Program-made: the position numbers and the translations under genes
Notes under the pieces: generated by a model
What the model saw: the letters and a program-made list of their open reading frames with translations, nothing else
The model's database searches: none
What the model was told of the DNA's origin: nothing
Part shown: in pieces, positions 24,661 through 35,062 of the stretch
How positions within the stretch are numbered: position 1 is the first letter of the stretch
How the letters are laid out: each line of letters starts with the position of its first letter
NCBI RefSeq assembly: GCF_036365525.1
Contig: NC_090404.1
Span: forward strand, 12,800,550-12,864,549
DNA: 64,000 nt
Origin: Heterodontus francisci
Taxonomy: Eukaryota
Reading direction: 5' to 3'

Positions 24661-27600
24661 ACAGATTACTCGAGTAAAAAATAATGATGAGGCTGAACTT
24701 TTACAAAACAGCGGTAGGCCTCATCTGGAGTAATGTAACAATCTCTCAGAGATGAACTGGGATTGAGGGGCAAGATTAAAGGTGATAATAGTACACCGCA
24801 CTTTACACAACTTAGTGACAAACTCTGTTATGTTAAAGTTTACAAATTCAGTCTTGTACTTTACTGCGATAATTGCGCACAGTAAATTTTTTCTTGTCAA
24901 GGGATTTTTTTCCTGAGTGCTTTTCTATTTGGATTTCGACTGACCCACTGACTCTGTCAGAGTTTGGAACCATGACCACACAGCACCGCCAGATGAGCAG
25001 TCGCAGTGTCCTAAAATCCACCCAATGCCATAACTCTCAGCTGCTTGACCAGAATAACATTGCTCATTCATTAATATTACTTATGAATAATAACAATAAA
25101 AGAAAGAAAATTACCCTATCACGAAAAGCCTTACTTGATTAAATATATTTGTTTCAAACTAATTCTAATACATTCAAATATTCAGTCAATGTTTCCCATC
25201 ATGAGTGCACACCCTCATCCATTCATCAAGCTCCTATTAAAAAGTTCTTTTCGAGAAAGTCACGAACGAGTATAAGAGCTGATTTGTCCCGCATCTAAGG
25301 GATTGCAGCCTTTTCCCTAAAAGCAATGGATATTAACACTGTGACAATGGATGATTCCCACTGTTCATAATAATCTTTCATCAAAATACTTTGACAGCAG
25401 ATTTCACAAGAAAGACCTGCTCATAACTACCCTTCCTGTTTGGTTCAGCAATCTCTGTACCCTTAAAAAATCTCCATTCCTAAAACAACAGTACCAGGGA
25501 GAAATCCAAAAAGGACAGCACTCTCAACTACAGCTTTGCAGAAGAGTTTCATGATTGTGGCATGTACTCAAAAGGATTTTAACACTCTGAGGTAACGTAT
25601 TGGTGTGTGTCCCTTGGTCACCACATATCTACACTGTTCCTGCCCAATTCAAATTATCATCAATACACTGAAATTGGATTGAACTGAATATATCACATTA
25701 GATCATAACTCTGTTTAATTGCATTAACCATGTCTTTGTTTATATTATACGAGGCCATGTCTCAGCTATTTTACGGCACCAGGCCATTTCACTGTTCTAT
25801 GGACAGATGGATATGAATATAAATGAAAATATATGTTTGTGTGTGGATGCAGTCATTGCTGGTTGGAAGAATACGTTTAATCTTGTAAATAGCTATCAAC
25901 AGTTGTGTGGAATCTCTAATGGCTCTGGTATTATGTGGGGATTATTTGTGTTGAAAGGATGGGGTGAATCTTGTAACAATAACCCAGAGATTAACCAGCA
26001 TTGAGGTAGAGCACTAAAGGTGAGCAATAGTACAATACACTTTACACTGCTTAGTGACAAACTGTTGTGTTAAAGTTTACTAATTACCACTTGTGTTGTC
26101 CTATCATAATTGCTCACAGTTTCCTTTTATTGTTAAGGATTGTTTTTCCTGCCGGATTTTCTATTTACCTTTCGTCTGACCCACTATTTGTGTCAGACAG
26201 AGTCTGGATCTGTGACCGCGCAAACCGTGGCTTATGGTCTGCCGCAGTGTCCTAAACTCCAATGAGCAATAATCTCCGCTGCTGGATTTGAACAAGCTAA
26301 AATGAATCAGGCGGACATACACACACACACACACACACACATGTCAGTGTATGTGTATATATACATAGAACTGTGTATGTGTATATATACATAGAACTGT
26401 GTGTATATATATATATAAGGTGTGTGTCTATGTGTGTTTGTGTAGAAAGCATATCATTAATAATATTTACAAGTGGATTCGACAAAGATGGATGGAGATC
26501 TTCACAAATTATGCTTTAGCAGTTTATTTCCTTCTATTCCAAACATAATTGCAGATCATTTAATACGTTTGAAGAAGGCTGTAAATATATTGCACATGTC
26601 GATTTCGCTGTTTATATTACACTATGTCACGTCTCTTACTCAGCGGAGCAGGTGCTACCAACCGAGCTACAGCTGATGACCGTGGGTTGGTGCTAATTAA
26701 AATATAGATCAAGGGGGAAGAGGTAAATGGATCTCCAGGCATTCAACAGTTCAACGTCCGCTAAATATACAGTGTTAAATCAGACAGAGTCCAAATCGCT
26801 CAGTTATTCCCCCGTAATGTACTGTACGACCGGTAGTACAGATGCTGACTGTGGGTGTGACCTTAAATCCAACACCAGAACAGTTCTGCTATTTCGGGAA
26901 TTGTACTGTATCATTCGACTATTTAGTAGATAACCCAAAACTGCACATAATCCAAAATTTATGCGGACAAAATCGGCCATTGGTCATTTTCTACAAAAGA
27001 AACGTGAATGGACTAGGAATCGTACAAGTATTGGTGATCATCAATAGATTGAGGAACATCAATCGATTGGGAGTGATGAAAGGATTGGAATCATAAATAG
27101 ATCGAGAGACATCAACCAGCTGCAAGTTATCAATTATTATAGAAAGTTGATGGTTGTGGATCTATCAATAGATTGGAACCATCAATGGATTCGAAATATC
27201 TAATGTTTGTGGAACACGATGAAGAACAAAAACATTGAGATGTCATTTGTTTTGAATCTGAAACCTGATTGACCCCTCCCTCTTGTGTCAGAGCGAAATA
27301 CCTATTAATCTGGAAATATCTCTCTGTCTATCTGTTTCTGTTAACTGGCGCAGAGACAATTTGTTACTCCTACTGGTGGAAACTCGAACTGTGCACAATA
27401 CATATTAATATTCTTAGATTATAGGAGACAGCCTCTTATACAAAGGGTGGGTGGGGGGGAATCAATTAGGAATCAATCAACTCGGTGCCATTCCCCTAAA
27501 AACAAATCACCAATTGTACCCCAATATTAATAATTCATTTTGCAGCATTTTTGGAACATTCGTAAAGGGTTTCAAGGTATAAATTCGGAGCAGAAATTTC

Positions 27601-27844
27601 TGCGGAAAACCAGTTACTGAATATTCCCAAAGTGGCATCTTGTCAGAGGCTTTATATCCATACAGAACTTTTCCACGACACCAAACACACCTAACACAGA
27701 TGTGCAACAGGATGAAAAACAGGATTTTGCATTAAACTCATACCATAGAACACTGGCCGGAGAATCATATTCAAAATTGAAACAAAAACAAGAAATGCTG
27801 GAAATGTTCAGCAGGTCTGGCAGCATCTGTGGAGAGGGAAGCAG

Positions 27845-27881
27845 AGTTAACGTTTCAGGTCAATGACCCTTCATCAGGACT
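27845..27881 (-). ncRNA. Minimal type I hammerhead ribozyme motif in a Penelope relic
   Basis: Minus strand reads AGTC-CTGATGA-A-GGGTC-ATT-GACCT-GAAAC-GTT-AACT. Confidence 0.65.
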
Positions 27882-27964
27882 GAAGTATTCAGACTGGTAC
27901 AAATGAAATAAAGGGGTGGCTTCATTTTAGCAGCAATCAATCACAATATAGAACAGCATCTTCA

Positions 27965-28180
27965 GGCCCATCCATCCATCTCTCCACCAATTCATCCATC
28001 CATCCATCAATCTGCTCTTCAGTCCTTTCAACAAAACATTCAGACATCCAACTATCCATTCATTCCTGTATCGCTGCATCCATCCAACCCTCCATCCATA
28101 TAAACAAGTACATTTATCAATTTCAGACCGTCTCTATCGGTCTGTCTGTCTGTCTGACTATCTGCCTGTCTGACTGTCTG

Positions 28181-28223
<43 letters not shown>

Positions 28224-28245
28224 GTCTGTCTATCCATCTATCTAT
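27965..28245. repeat. Degenerate (CCAT)n followed by (TCTG)n(TCTA)n microsatellite
   Basis: Seen directly. Confidence 0.9.
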
Positions 28246-29929
28246 TGCAATGTTATGACATGCTGGACAGATCGTCCAGTGGACTATTGCTACTAACAGG
28301 GTGTCTGAGACACTGGATATATTTCCTTTCCTGATAGACGGGAGCAGTTCACTTGGATGGACAGCTGAAAAAATAAAATTGATTCCAGTATTGTTCCTGG
28401 GTAGATTTAACTATGAATAGGCCTCATTGACAATGTTAAGGATTTGAAGTTGGCTTGCAGTCAAGCGGTCAGTCGTGAGGAAACACATCTTTGATTTACT
28501 GCACAGAACCTCCAGATGCTTCCTGTAAATGACATTGGATGTTCGAGCCTCCCTGACGGCAGTCAGCTGGGTTGCTGCCAAATATTGTGTGGGGAAAATT
28601 AGCGTGAATATGAATCGGCAAAGATGGGATTTAACCATTTGAGCATTAACTTATTCAACAGCGCTCTGACAGAAGAAAAAGCATTTTACGGTCTCACATC
28701 TAAAGAATAATGTTCAGTAAATTCAGCGCTCATATCATGATAAAATGAGTTCTGGAAATAATAAATTGACACACGCGACAATTAAGTATAATTCTGGCTA
28801 ATGAAGACCATTCATTCCGAACTGTATAAAGTTCTAAAGAGAGATTTTAATAACCCCATACACACCAGAATCAGATAAGTGGGAATCGCAAAGTAAATAA
28901 ATAAATAGGTGTAACTGCCTTGAACCCGTTGCATTTACATGAATTTTCTAATAAAGCAGTGAATCACATTCAAACTAAAGACCCCTTTATGACTGATAAG
29001 AGCTGCATACAGTACAGTTTTATTTGTGAAGATCTATGTTGCTTAACCAGCCTTCTTTTAGCCAGGCTCCCTATAGGTAGAGAAATGCCCAGTTTGCGAT
29101 ACGTTTCCACAGTAAATAAAGCATTTGTTCGTGTGATATTCTGTAGCATGGCGTTAATTCCTGATATACTGTGTCCCTGATTCCAATGTATGTTACACAG
29201 CCTGTCGCTATGAAAGTTATCTGCAATGATTTGGGTGCTGGGTGATAGGTTTGCTGATCACCATGTCGGTTCTGATTCACCAGCTTCTCTTTTTCAAAAG
29301 CTGGTATGAATTTTACTTGTCACTCCTTAATTATCAGGCAAATGGATTTATTTTACAGATAATGTTCAAAGGCAGCCTTAGGGTCACAGAGTCAGAAGCA
29401 ATTCGAGAAATGCAAAGAGAGAGAGAGGGAGAGAGACACACACATACACACTTGAATAATTTGAAGGGTTGTTCTTCATCTCTGGTCCTAAATCGGATAA
29501 CTACAGGCTTTCACACTGCAAATGGAATCAATTTACTAATATCCTGCATTTAGTTGCATAAATTAATAAAATATTATATCATCGGGGATACTTTATTGGT
29601 ATAGATTGAAGAGATAAATAATGAGAGATGGATTAACACCTCCTAGCATTCACTTTAGACCCTGGCACCGTAATTTAATCTTAGAGATTCACATCCCCTG
29701 TGAAGAGTTGATTAAATAACGGGATTTAATTCACAGTCCACAATGCAATTAATTATTACTGAACACATTTTCAACTGCAATATCTCTATTTAGTAACAGG
29801 CAACACATTGCATTGAAACCATACAGTCAAATAACTGTGCCTGCATACAAATGAAAAGTTCACATTTAATAATAATCCAATGTAAATATATGAGTCGTTG
29901 GTAATGTGGAAGGTTGTGGTGGGTCCAGT

Positions 29930-30000
29930 ACCCGCCTCTATCAGGAATCAATAGGCGGCGCCTATAACCTCGCCTCCTTCTGCCGGGTATTTAAATGCTG
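29930..30000 (+). promoter_or_regulatory. VH promoter: TATA-like TATTTAAAT (29988-29996), GC boxes and a 15-bp palindrome
   Basis: TATTTAAAT ~95 bp upstream of the leader ATG; CCCGCCTC at 29931; ATAGGCG-G-CGCCTAT at 29951-29965; no perfect ATGCAAAT octamer seen nearby. Confidence 0.7.
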
Positions 30001-30086
30001 CTCACTGGGATCGCAATACAACAGTCCGGGAGCGGGTTTACTCACTGAGTTCTTGCCAGAATTATTTCCCCCGAATTGCTAGTAGG

Positions 30087-30132
30087 ATGAGGTCGGCGAT
30101 TTCTCTCAGTCTATTGTTGGTTTTCTTATCCC
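30087..30132 (+). CDS. IGHV: IgH leader exon (MRSAISLSLLLVFLS + 1 nt)
   Basis: ATG at 30087, hydrophobic signal peptide, phase-1 donor C|GTGAGT; 128-nt intron ends TTTTTTACAG at 30260. Confidence 0.95.
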
Positions 30133-30260
30133 GTGAGTAGTTTTTATTGTCCCAGTCTCTCACTGTTACTGTCTCAATGTTCGTCTCTCTCTGGAATGTT
30201 ACAGATTCAGGAGTCATTTCACCAGGATTAATCCTCAGGGTTTTTAATATTTTTTTACAG

Positions 30261-30565
30261 GTGTCCAGTCGGATATCGTGTTGACTCAGCCAGAAGCAGA
30301 CACCGGGAAACCCGAAGGCTCCCTGAGACTGACCTGTAAAACCAGCGGGTTCAGTCTTGGCAGCTACTATATGACCTGGGTCCGACAGGTTCCCGGGCAG
30401 GGGCTGGAGTGGTTGGTTAGCTACCATAGTTCATCATACCAGTACTACGCCCCTGAGATTAAGGATCGATTTACTGCGTCCAAAGACACTTCAAACAACA
30501 TCTTCGCTTTGGACATGAAGAGCCTGAAGACCGAAGACACTGCCATGTATTACTGTGCAAGAGAC
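30261..30565 (+). CDS. IGHV: VH exon (leader end RVQS, then DIVLTQPEA...LTC...WVRQ...[11 protein letters not shown]), unrearranged
   Basis: Open frame with both canonical Cys, FR2 Trp ([12 protein letters not shown]) and DTAMYYCAR, immediately followed by an RSS. Confidence 0.98.
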
Positions 30566-30604
30566 CACAGCGAGAGGAACCAGGGCTGGACCCGTACAAG
30601 AACA
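30566..30604 (+). promoter_or_regulatory. VH 3' RSS, 23-bp spacer
   Basis: CACAGCG (30566-72) + 23 nt + ACAAGAACA (30596-604). Confidence 0.95.
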
Positions 30605-30991
30605 GGTCGAGAGGGAATTGGACAAATTCCATCATAACCTGACGGTCAGTAATTGTATTAAATGTAATATTAACGGCAGTGTTCAGAACCAGACCATATA
30701 CCGTTTCTTACAAAACTAACACAGTGAAAATTCAATGGTGAAAATCTAAGACACTGAGCGATGTATTGATGAGCAATTTTGGCTATGCTGATTTTTAATG
30801 TTAACAGTGTCAGCAATTGCAGACCTAGATAAGATGATAGCTTCAATGTGACTGATGATACCTGGAGAGAGTTACTTGGAGACACTACCTACTGCGTGGT
30901 GTAAACCTTTGGATATATTCTGAACTAGATCAGATGTGAATTTCTATTTGAAGAGAATGGTGATAGGCAGTAGTGAACAGAGATTGAGTGC

Positions 30992-31019
30992 AGTATTTGT
31001 ACAGCTTTGAGTCACTGTG
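30992..31019 (-). promoter_or_regulatory. D1 5' RSS, 12-bp spacer
   Basis: On + strand: AGTATTTGT (30992-31000) + 12 nt + CACTGTG (31013-19). Confidence 0.93.
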
Positions 31020-31034
31020 GGTACAGCGGTGGGT
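31020..31034 (+). other. IGHD: DH1 segment GGTACAGCGGTGGGT (15 nt)
   Basis: Flanked by opposed RSSs; open in all three frames (GTAVG / VQRW / YSGG). Confidence 0.95.
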
Positions 31035-31072
31035 CACGGTGCTGTACAGAGCGAGTTCCTCATACAAAAACC
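31035..31072 (+). promoter_or_regulatory. D1 3' RSS, 22-bp spacer (23 class)
   Basis: CACGGTG (31035-41) + 22 nt + consensus ACAAAAACC (31064-72). Confidence 0.93.
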
Positions 31073-31381
31073 CCAGACTGGGAGTTTGCTCAAACCTGCG
31101 ATCACTACCACTGCAGATGGGCCGTAAACAATGAGGATTAAATAAAAATAATGGGGAAACGTGATATAGATTTCTAAAAATGTATAAAAGTCTCCTGCTT
31201 TCTTATTGTTGACACGTTAAATCAGCACAGCTGCTTCAGAAGTATTCCAATCCACGTTATAACCATAATAACCTGTACAAACTGATTTATCTCACTGATG
31301 TACTCTAAAGGGAATCTGGATCAGGTTTATGAGAGCACGGTGGAATTTAATCTCTGTACTTTACAGTTAGCAGTCCGCCTC

Positions 31382-31409
31382 AGTATTTGACACGGTGTGT
31401 CTCACTGTG
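31382..31409 (-). promoter_or_regulatory. D2 5' RSS, 12-bp spacer
   Basis: On + strand: AGTATTTGA (31382-90) + 12 nt + CACTGTG (31403-09). Confidence 0.9.
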
Positions 31410-31422
31410 ATATACTGGATGG
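31410..31422 (+). other. IGHD: DH2 segment ATATACTGGATGG (13 nt)
   Basis: Flanked by 12/12 RSSs; open in all frames (IYWM / YTGW / ILD). Confidence 0.94.
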
Positions 31423-31450
31423 CACAGCAGTTACTGTCAGTACAAAAAGT
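31423..31450 (+). promoter_or_regulatory. D2 3' RSS, 12-bp spacer
   Basis: CACAGCA (31423-29) + 12 nt + ACAAAAAGT (31442-50). Confidence 0.92.
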
Positions 31451-31775
31451 CCCTCAGTACTAATTGATGAGTCTGAGTCAATACTCGGTTTTACAGTCCA
31501 ACTGTATATGCAGTGAAGTTCTATTTGTGTCCAGCACTGTCCTATTAGCACGGTTTCTTATGGATAAACTGATAATTATTCATTCACCAGCTGGTGATTT
31601 CAATAATTGCTGGTATGTGACTGTGTGAAATATAAAACATCAGGGAAATTTATAAAGAGTGAAAAGAATCATTAACACAGTTATAATTTTACGAAGCACC
31701 ATCATCATTTTATTTTGCCTCTGGGCGATGGATATTTAAAATAATGAAGGATTTCCCTCTATTCTGTGCAGAGCT

Positions 31776-31814
31776 GGTTATTGTCTGAACCAGCCCGGGG
31801 AATGTAACACTGTG
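31776..31814 (-). promoter_or_regulatory. JH RSS, 23-bp spacer
   Basis: On + strand: GGTTATTGT (31776-84) + 23 nt + CACTGTG (31808-14). Confidence 0.95.
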
Positions 31815-31862
31815 ACTATCTCGACTACTGGGGACAAGGGACCATGGTGACGGTGACTGCAG
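31815..31862 (+). CDS. IGHJ: JH segment (YLDYWGQGTMVTVTA)
   Basis: WGQG motif; phase-1 donor G|GTAAG at 31863. Confidence 0.98.
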
Positions 31863-34740
31863 GTAAGAACTATGCACTGATTCAGTAACTGATTTATTTG
31901 TGTTTTATTTTATATTTCTGTTTATTTTAATGACACGTTCGTTCACTGACATGTGGAATCGGTGGATTCTGTATTGAGATTTGTTGCTCTGTTTCATGCG
32001 ATTTTGCTGTAAAAGGATGAACGGTTTCTCCACAAACAGTGTTGTTAAGGGATTGATGTGATTTAGTGTTTATTTGCTGATGAGACTGTGTGTCCGGGCT
32101 ACTTTAAATATCAAACGTCTGTTAAACTGTTTGGCGTTTCTACAATAATTAATCTTGGTGCCATCTAGTTGCTGCAGGTTTTCTGATCTAACACAAACAA
32201 TAAGTGTTAAAATATGTTTGAAATAAGGTTACAGGTAGAAAGCTTCAGCAGTCAAAAATAGCCTTATGCTATTTTGATCTATTTTTATTTGTGGTAATTA
32301 AATTGTCATCTATCAATCTTCTGTTCATATTAGCTCATATGTAATACAATATATTCTGATGTTATTAAGAACCACATAAATAACAAATTTGCAGCTTTGG
32401 TCTGTTTTACATTAATATAATCTCACTGATTATAATGCCGTGATATCAGCCAATATCAATTAAATGTGCTCAAGTATCAATATTAATTTATTAAACATGT
32501 TGTCTGTACTGACAATTCTGCTGCCATTATTTTATATATCTAGTAAATTAATAATTAGTTCGTTCAGAGACAGGCGGGTTCGGTGGATTCTGGTTTGAGA
32601 TTTTTTTTGCAATGTTACATTTGATTCTGCTAAAAATGTTTGTAGACTTAAGCTGTTTCTCCATGAAACTTACTGAGGCAGGATTCTGTTCCTCAGTGAT
32701 GTGACTTGGTGTTTATCTGCTGTGGAGAGTGCGTGTCTATGTTTCTTTGAATAAGTAAAATTTGTGAAACTGTTTGGTGTTTCTGCGTTGTTTAATCAAG
32801 GTGACATCGAGCGACTGTGGGTTATCTGATCGAATGGAAACATTCTACGTGTTTAAAACTGTTTGAAAGACGATTGTAGTCTGGCAAACTGGCAGGTTTC
32901 AGAAATGCGAAAAAAAAAACATTTTAAGATATTTCATGGCATTTTAAAAAAAAGATTATTGCAGATTAAACTATTAAGCCATGGTTTGCGACGTTCATTC
33001 AGTACATGAAATGTTACTGCAATTACAAACTGTATAATTAGCAAGTTTGCAGATTGGAGAATAAAGTTAATATAATTCAAACAATTCTAATGCGGTAATA
33101 TCTTCTCATTTAAACCAAATATGCTTTAATATTAACATAGATTCATTTCTCATTCACCACTACTCACAATTCTAGTGTGCCATGCGCACACTTATCGTGA
33201 CTGGAATATTTTTATGGGCTGGAGACAATTTTGAATTATGCTTGAAATTATTTCAATTATACCAATGCTACCTTCAGTTTGATGAGCGCTTTTGAATTAA
33301 TAGCTATATTCCTGATTAAGACAAATGAATGACAGCTTGTATTTACTTATAACTTAAATAGGAATTGTAAATTGCAGTTTGTCAATGCAATATATCTGTC
33401 TGGTTATTACAGTCTTTACACGCAGCTCAAACCATGTTCTTCCTTCCTTATCATTTGTTGATGGATTGCCAGATAATTATCACTAATCTAATATTGACCA
33501 TTTTCTTGAGACAAGAAGTCGCTGGTAGTCAAAGAATTGTTCAAATTATATTATTTAAATTGAAGAAACTTGCAACCAGCGTAAGGCGAGAGACAAAGAA
33601 ATAACACCTTGAAATTCAAGCAGATTCAATCAATTACAAAAAGTTAATGTTAGTTTTGAATTCAATAACAACATCCTGTCACTGATAGCTGTGCTGCACA
33701 CAGGATATAATAGTGGGCAAAGAACAGATTATACCTGAGAATTGTGCTTAATTCTTATTAAATATTAAATTGAACAACAAAATAACGGCTACATTTGCTC
33801 ATGAAGTTTCAGTGTCGTAGATGATCTGAAAGAATTGTTCTCGTCCAGTTTTGCAGTGATCATTGTGAAATTTCAGCAAAAACGCAATATATTTAACAAT
33901 TAATTTACAGGGATAGTGTAAATTACGGGAGTAAAATATAAAACCACTTTGTGATTAAATAGTGGCAGCACAGTTACTGATCACAAACTGCCCAGATGTG
34001 TTTGATTTTTTTCTGACATACTTAAGACTTTTGACAATATTTGAACATGAGAGTCCTGCTTTTGCAAACAGACGAAGTTACAGCACATGGGCAGTTAGTG
34101 AGATGTGATTCCCGGCCAGGCTTGGAAGTATTTAAAATATTCCACTCTTAAATCCATCGCGTAAAATACTCGTTAATCATTGACGGAGTTTATAATATAT
34201 CAACGCATTCAGATGCATGTGCAATTTAAAAGTTTGTAGATGGAAAGCAAGGTAGCAGTAGAAATTATTGTTTATTTTAAATTATTGAACTGCTATTCGA
34301 TTTAAGTAAAAGTAATATAATTATATTAATGTTTTCAGCTATTAATATGATGTTTAGTATTTAATATGGATGAAGCGTCATCATAATTTAGTTAAAACCC
34401 CATTATTTCACAAGGTGCCAGGCAGAAATAGGTCTTGAATTAATAATGGATAATTTTTTTTAAAAAATATGAAATTAGCTAACATGAGCATTAACCGTGA
34501 ATATAATAGTGCTAATTCATTAAACATAAATGACCTCCCACAATTGAGTAGTATACTTGCTGGGATTCCAATGAGTGCAAAATCTTAAGGGTCGGAGAGA
34601 ATTTTGAGGTCTAAAAATAATTTAGAGAACAATGTATTTCTTACTCATCTGTTCTCAGCTCGATAAGGTCTCACAGCAGATATTTCATGAATTAACTTTG
34701 TGTGTTGCTTCAGTTTTTTGGTAAAATTAATCATGAAATG

Positions 34741-35062
34741 GGGTGGCACAGTGACGCAGTGGTTAGCACCACAGCCTCACAGCTCCAGCGACCCAGGTTC
34801 AATTCTGGATACTGTCTGTGTGGAGTTTGCAAGGTCTGCGTGGGTTTCCTCCCACATGCCGAAGACTTGCAGGCTGATAGGTAAATTGGTCATTATAAAT
34901 TGCTCCTAGTATAGGTAGGTGGTAGGGAAATATAGGGACAGGTGGGGATGTGGTAAGAATATGGAATTAGTGAAGGATTAGTATGAATGGGTGGTTGATG
35001 GTCGGCACAGACTCGGTGGGCCGAAGGGCCTGTTTCAGTTCTGTAACTCTAAACTAAACTAA
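34741..35062 (+). mobile_element. HE1-like V-SINE in the J-C intron
   Basis: Clearly homologous to 4323-4667, with small deletions. Confidence 0.9.

Noticed and set aside
30551-30557. Embedded TACTGTG heptamer at the VH 3' end (VH-replacement signal)
   Set aside because: Expected from YYCA codons; no upstream VH donor in the window
31324-31342. GGTTTATGA and CACGGTG between D1 and D2 as a third D
   Set aside because: No 12- or 23-spaced heptamer/nonamer pairing
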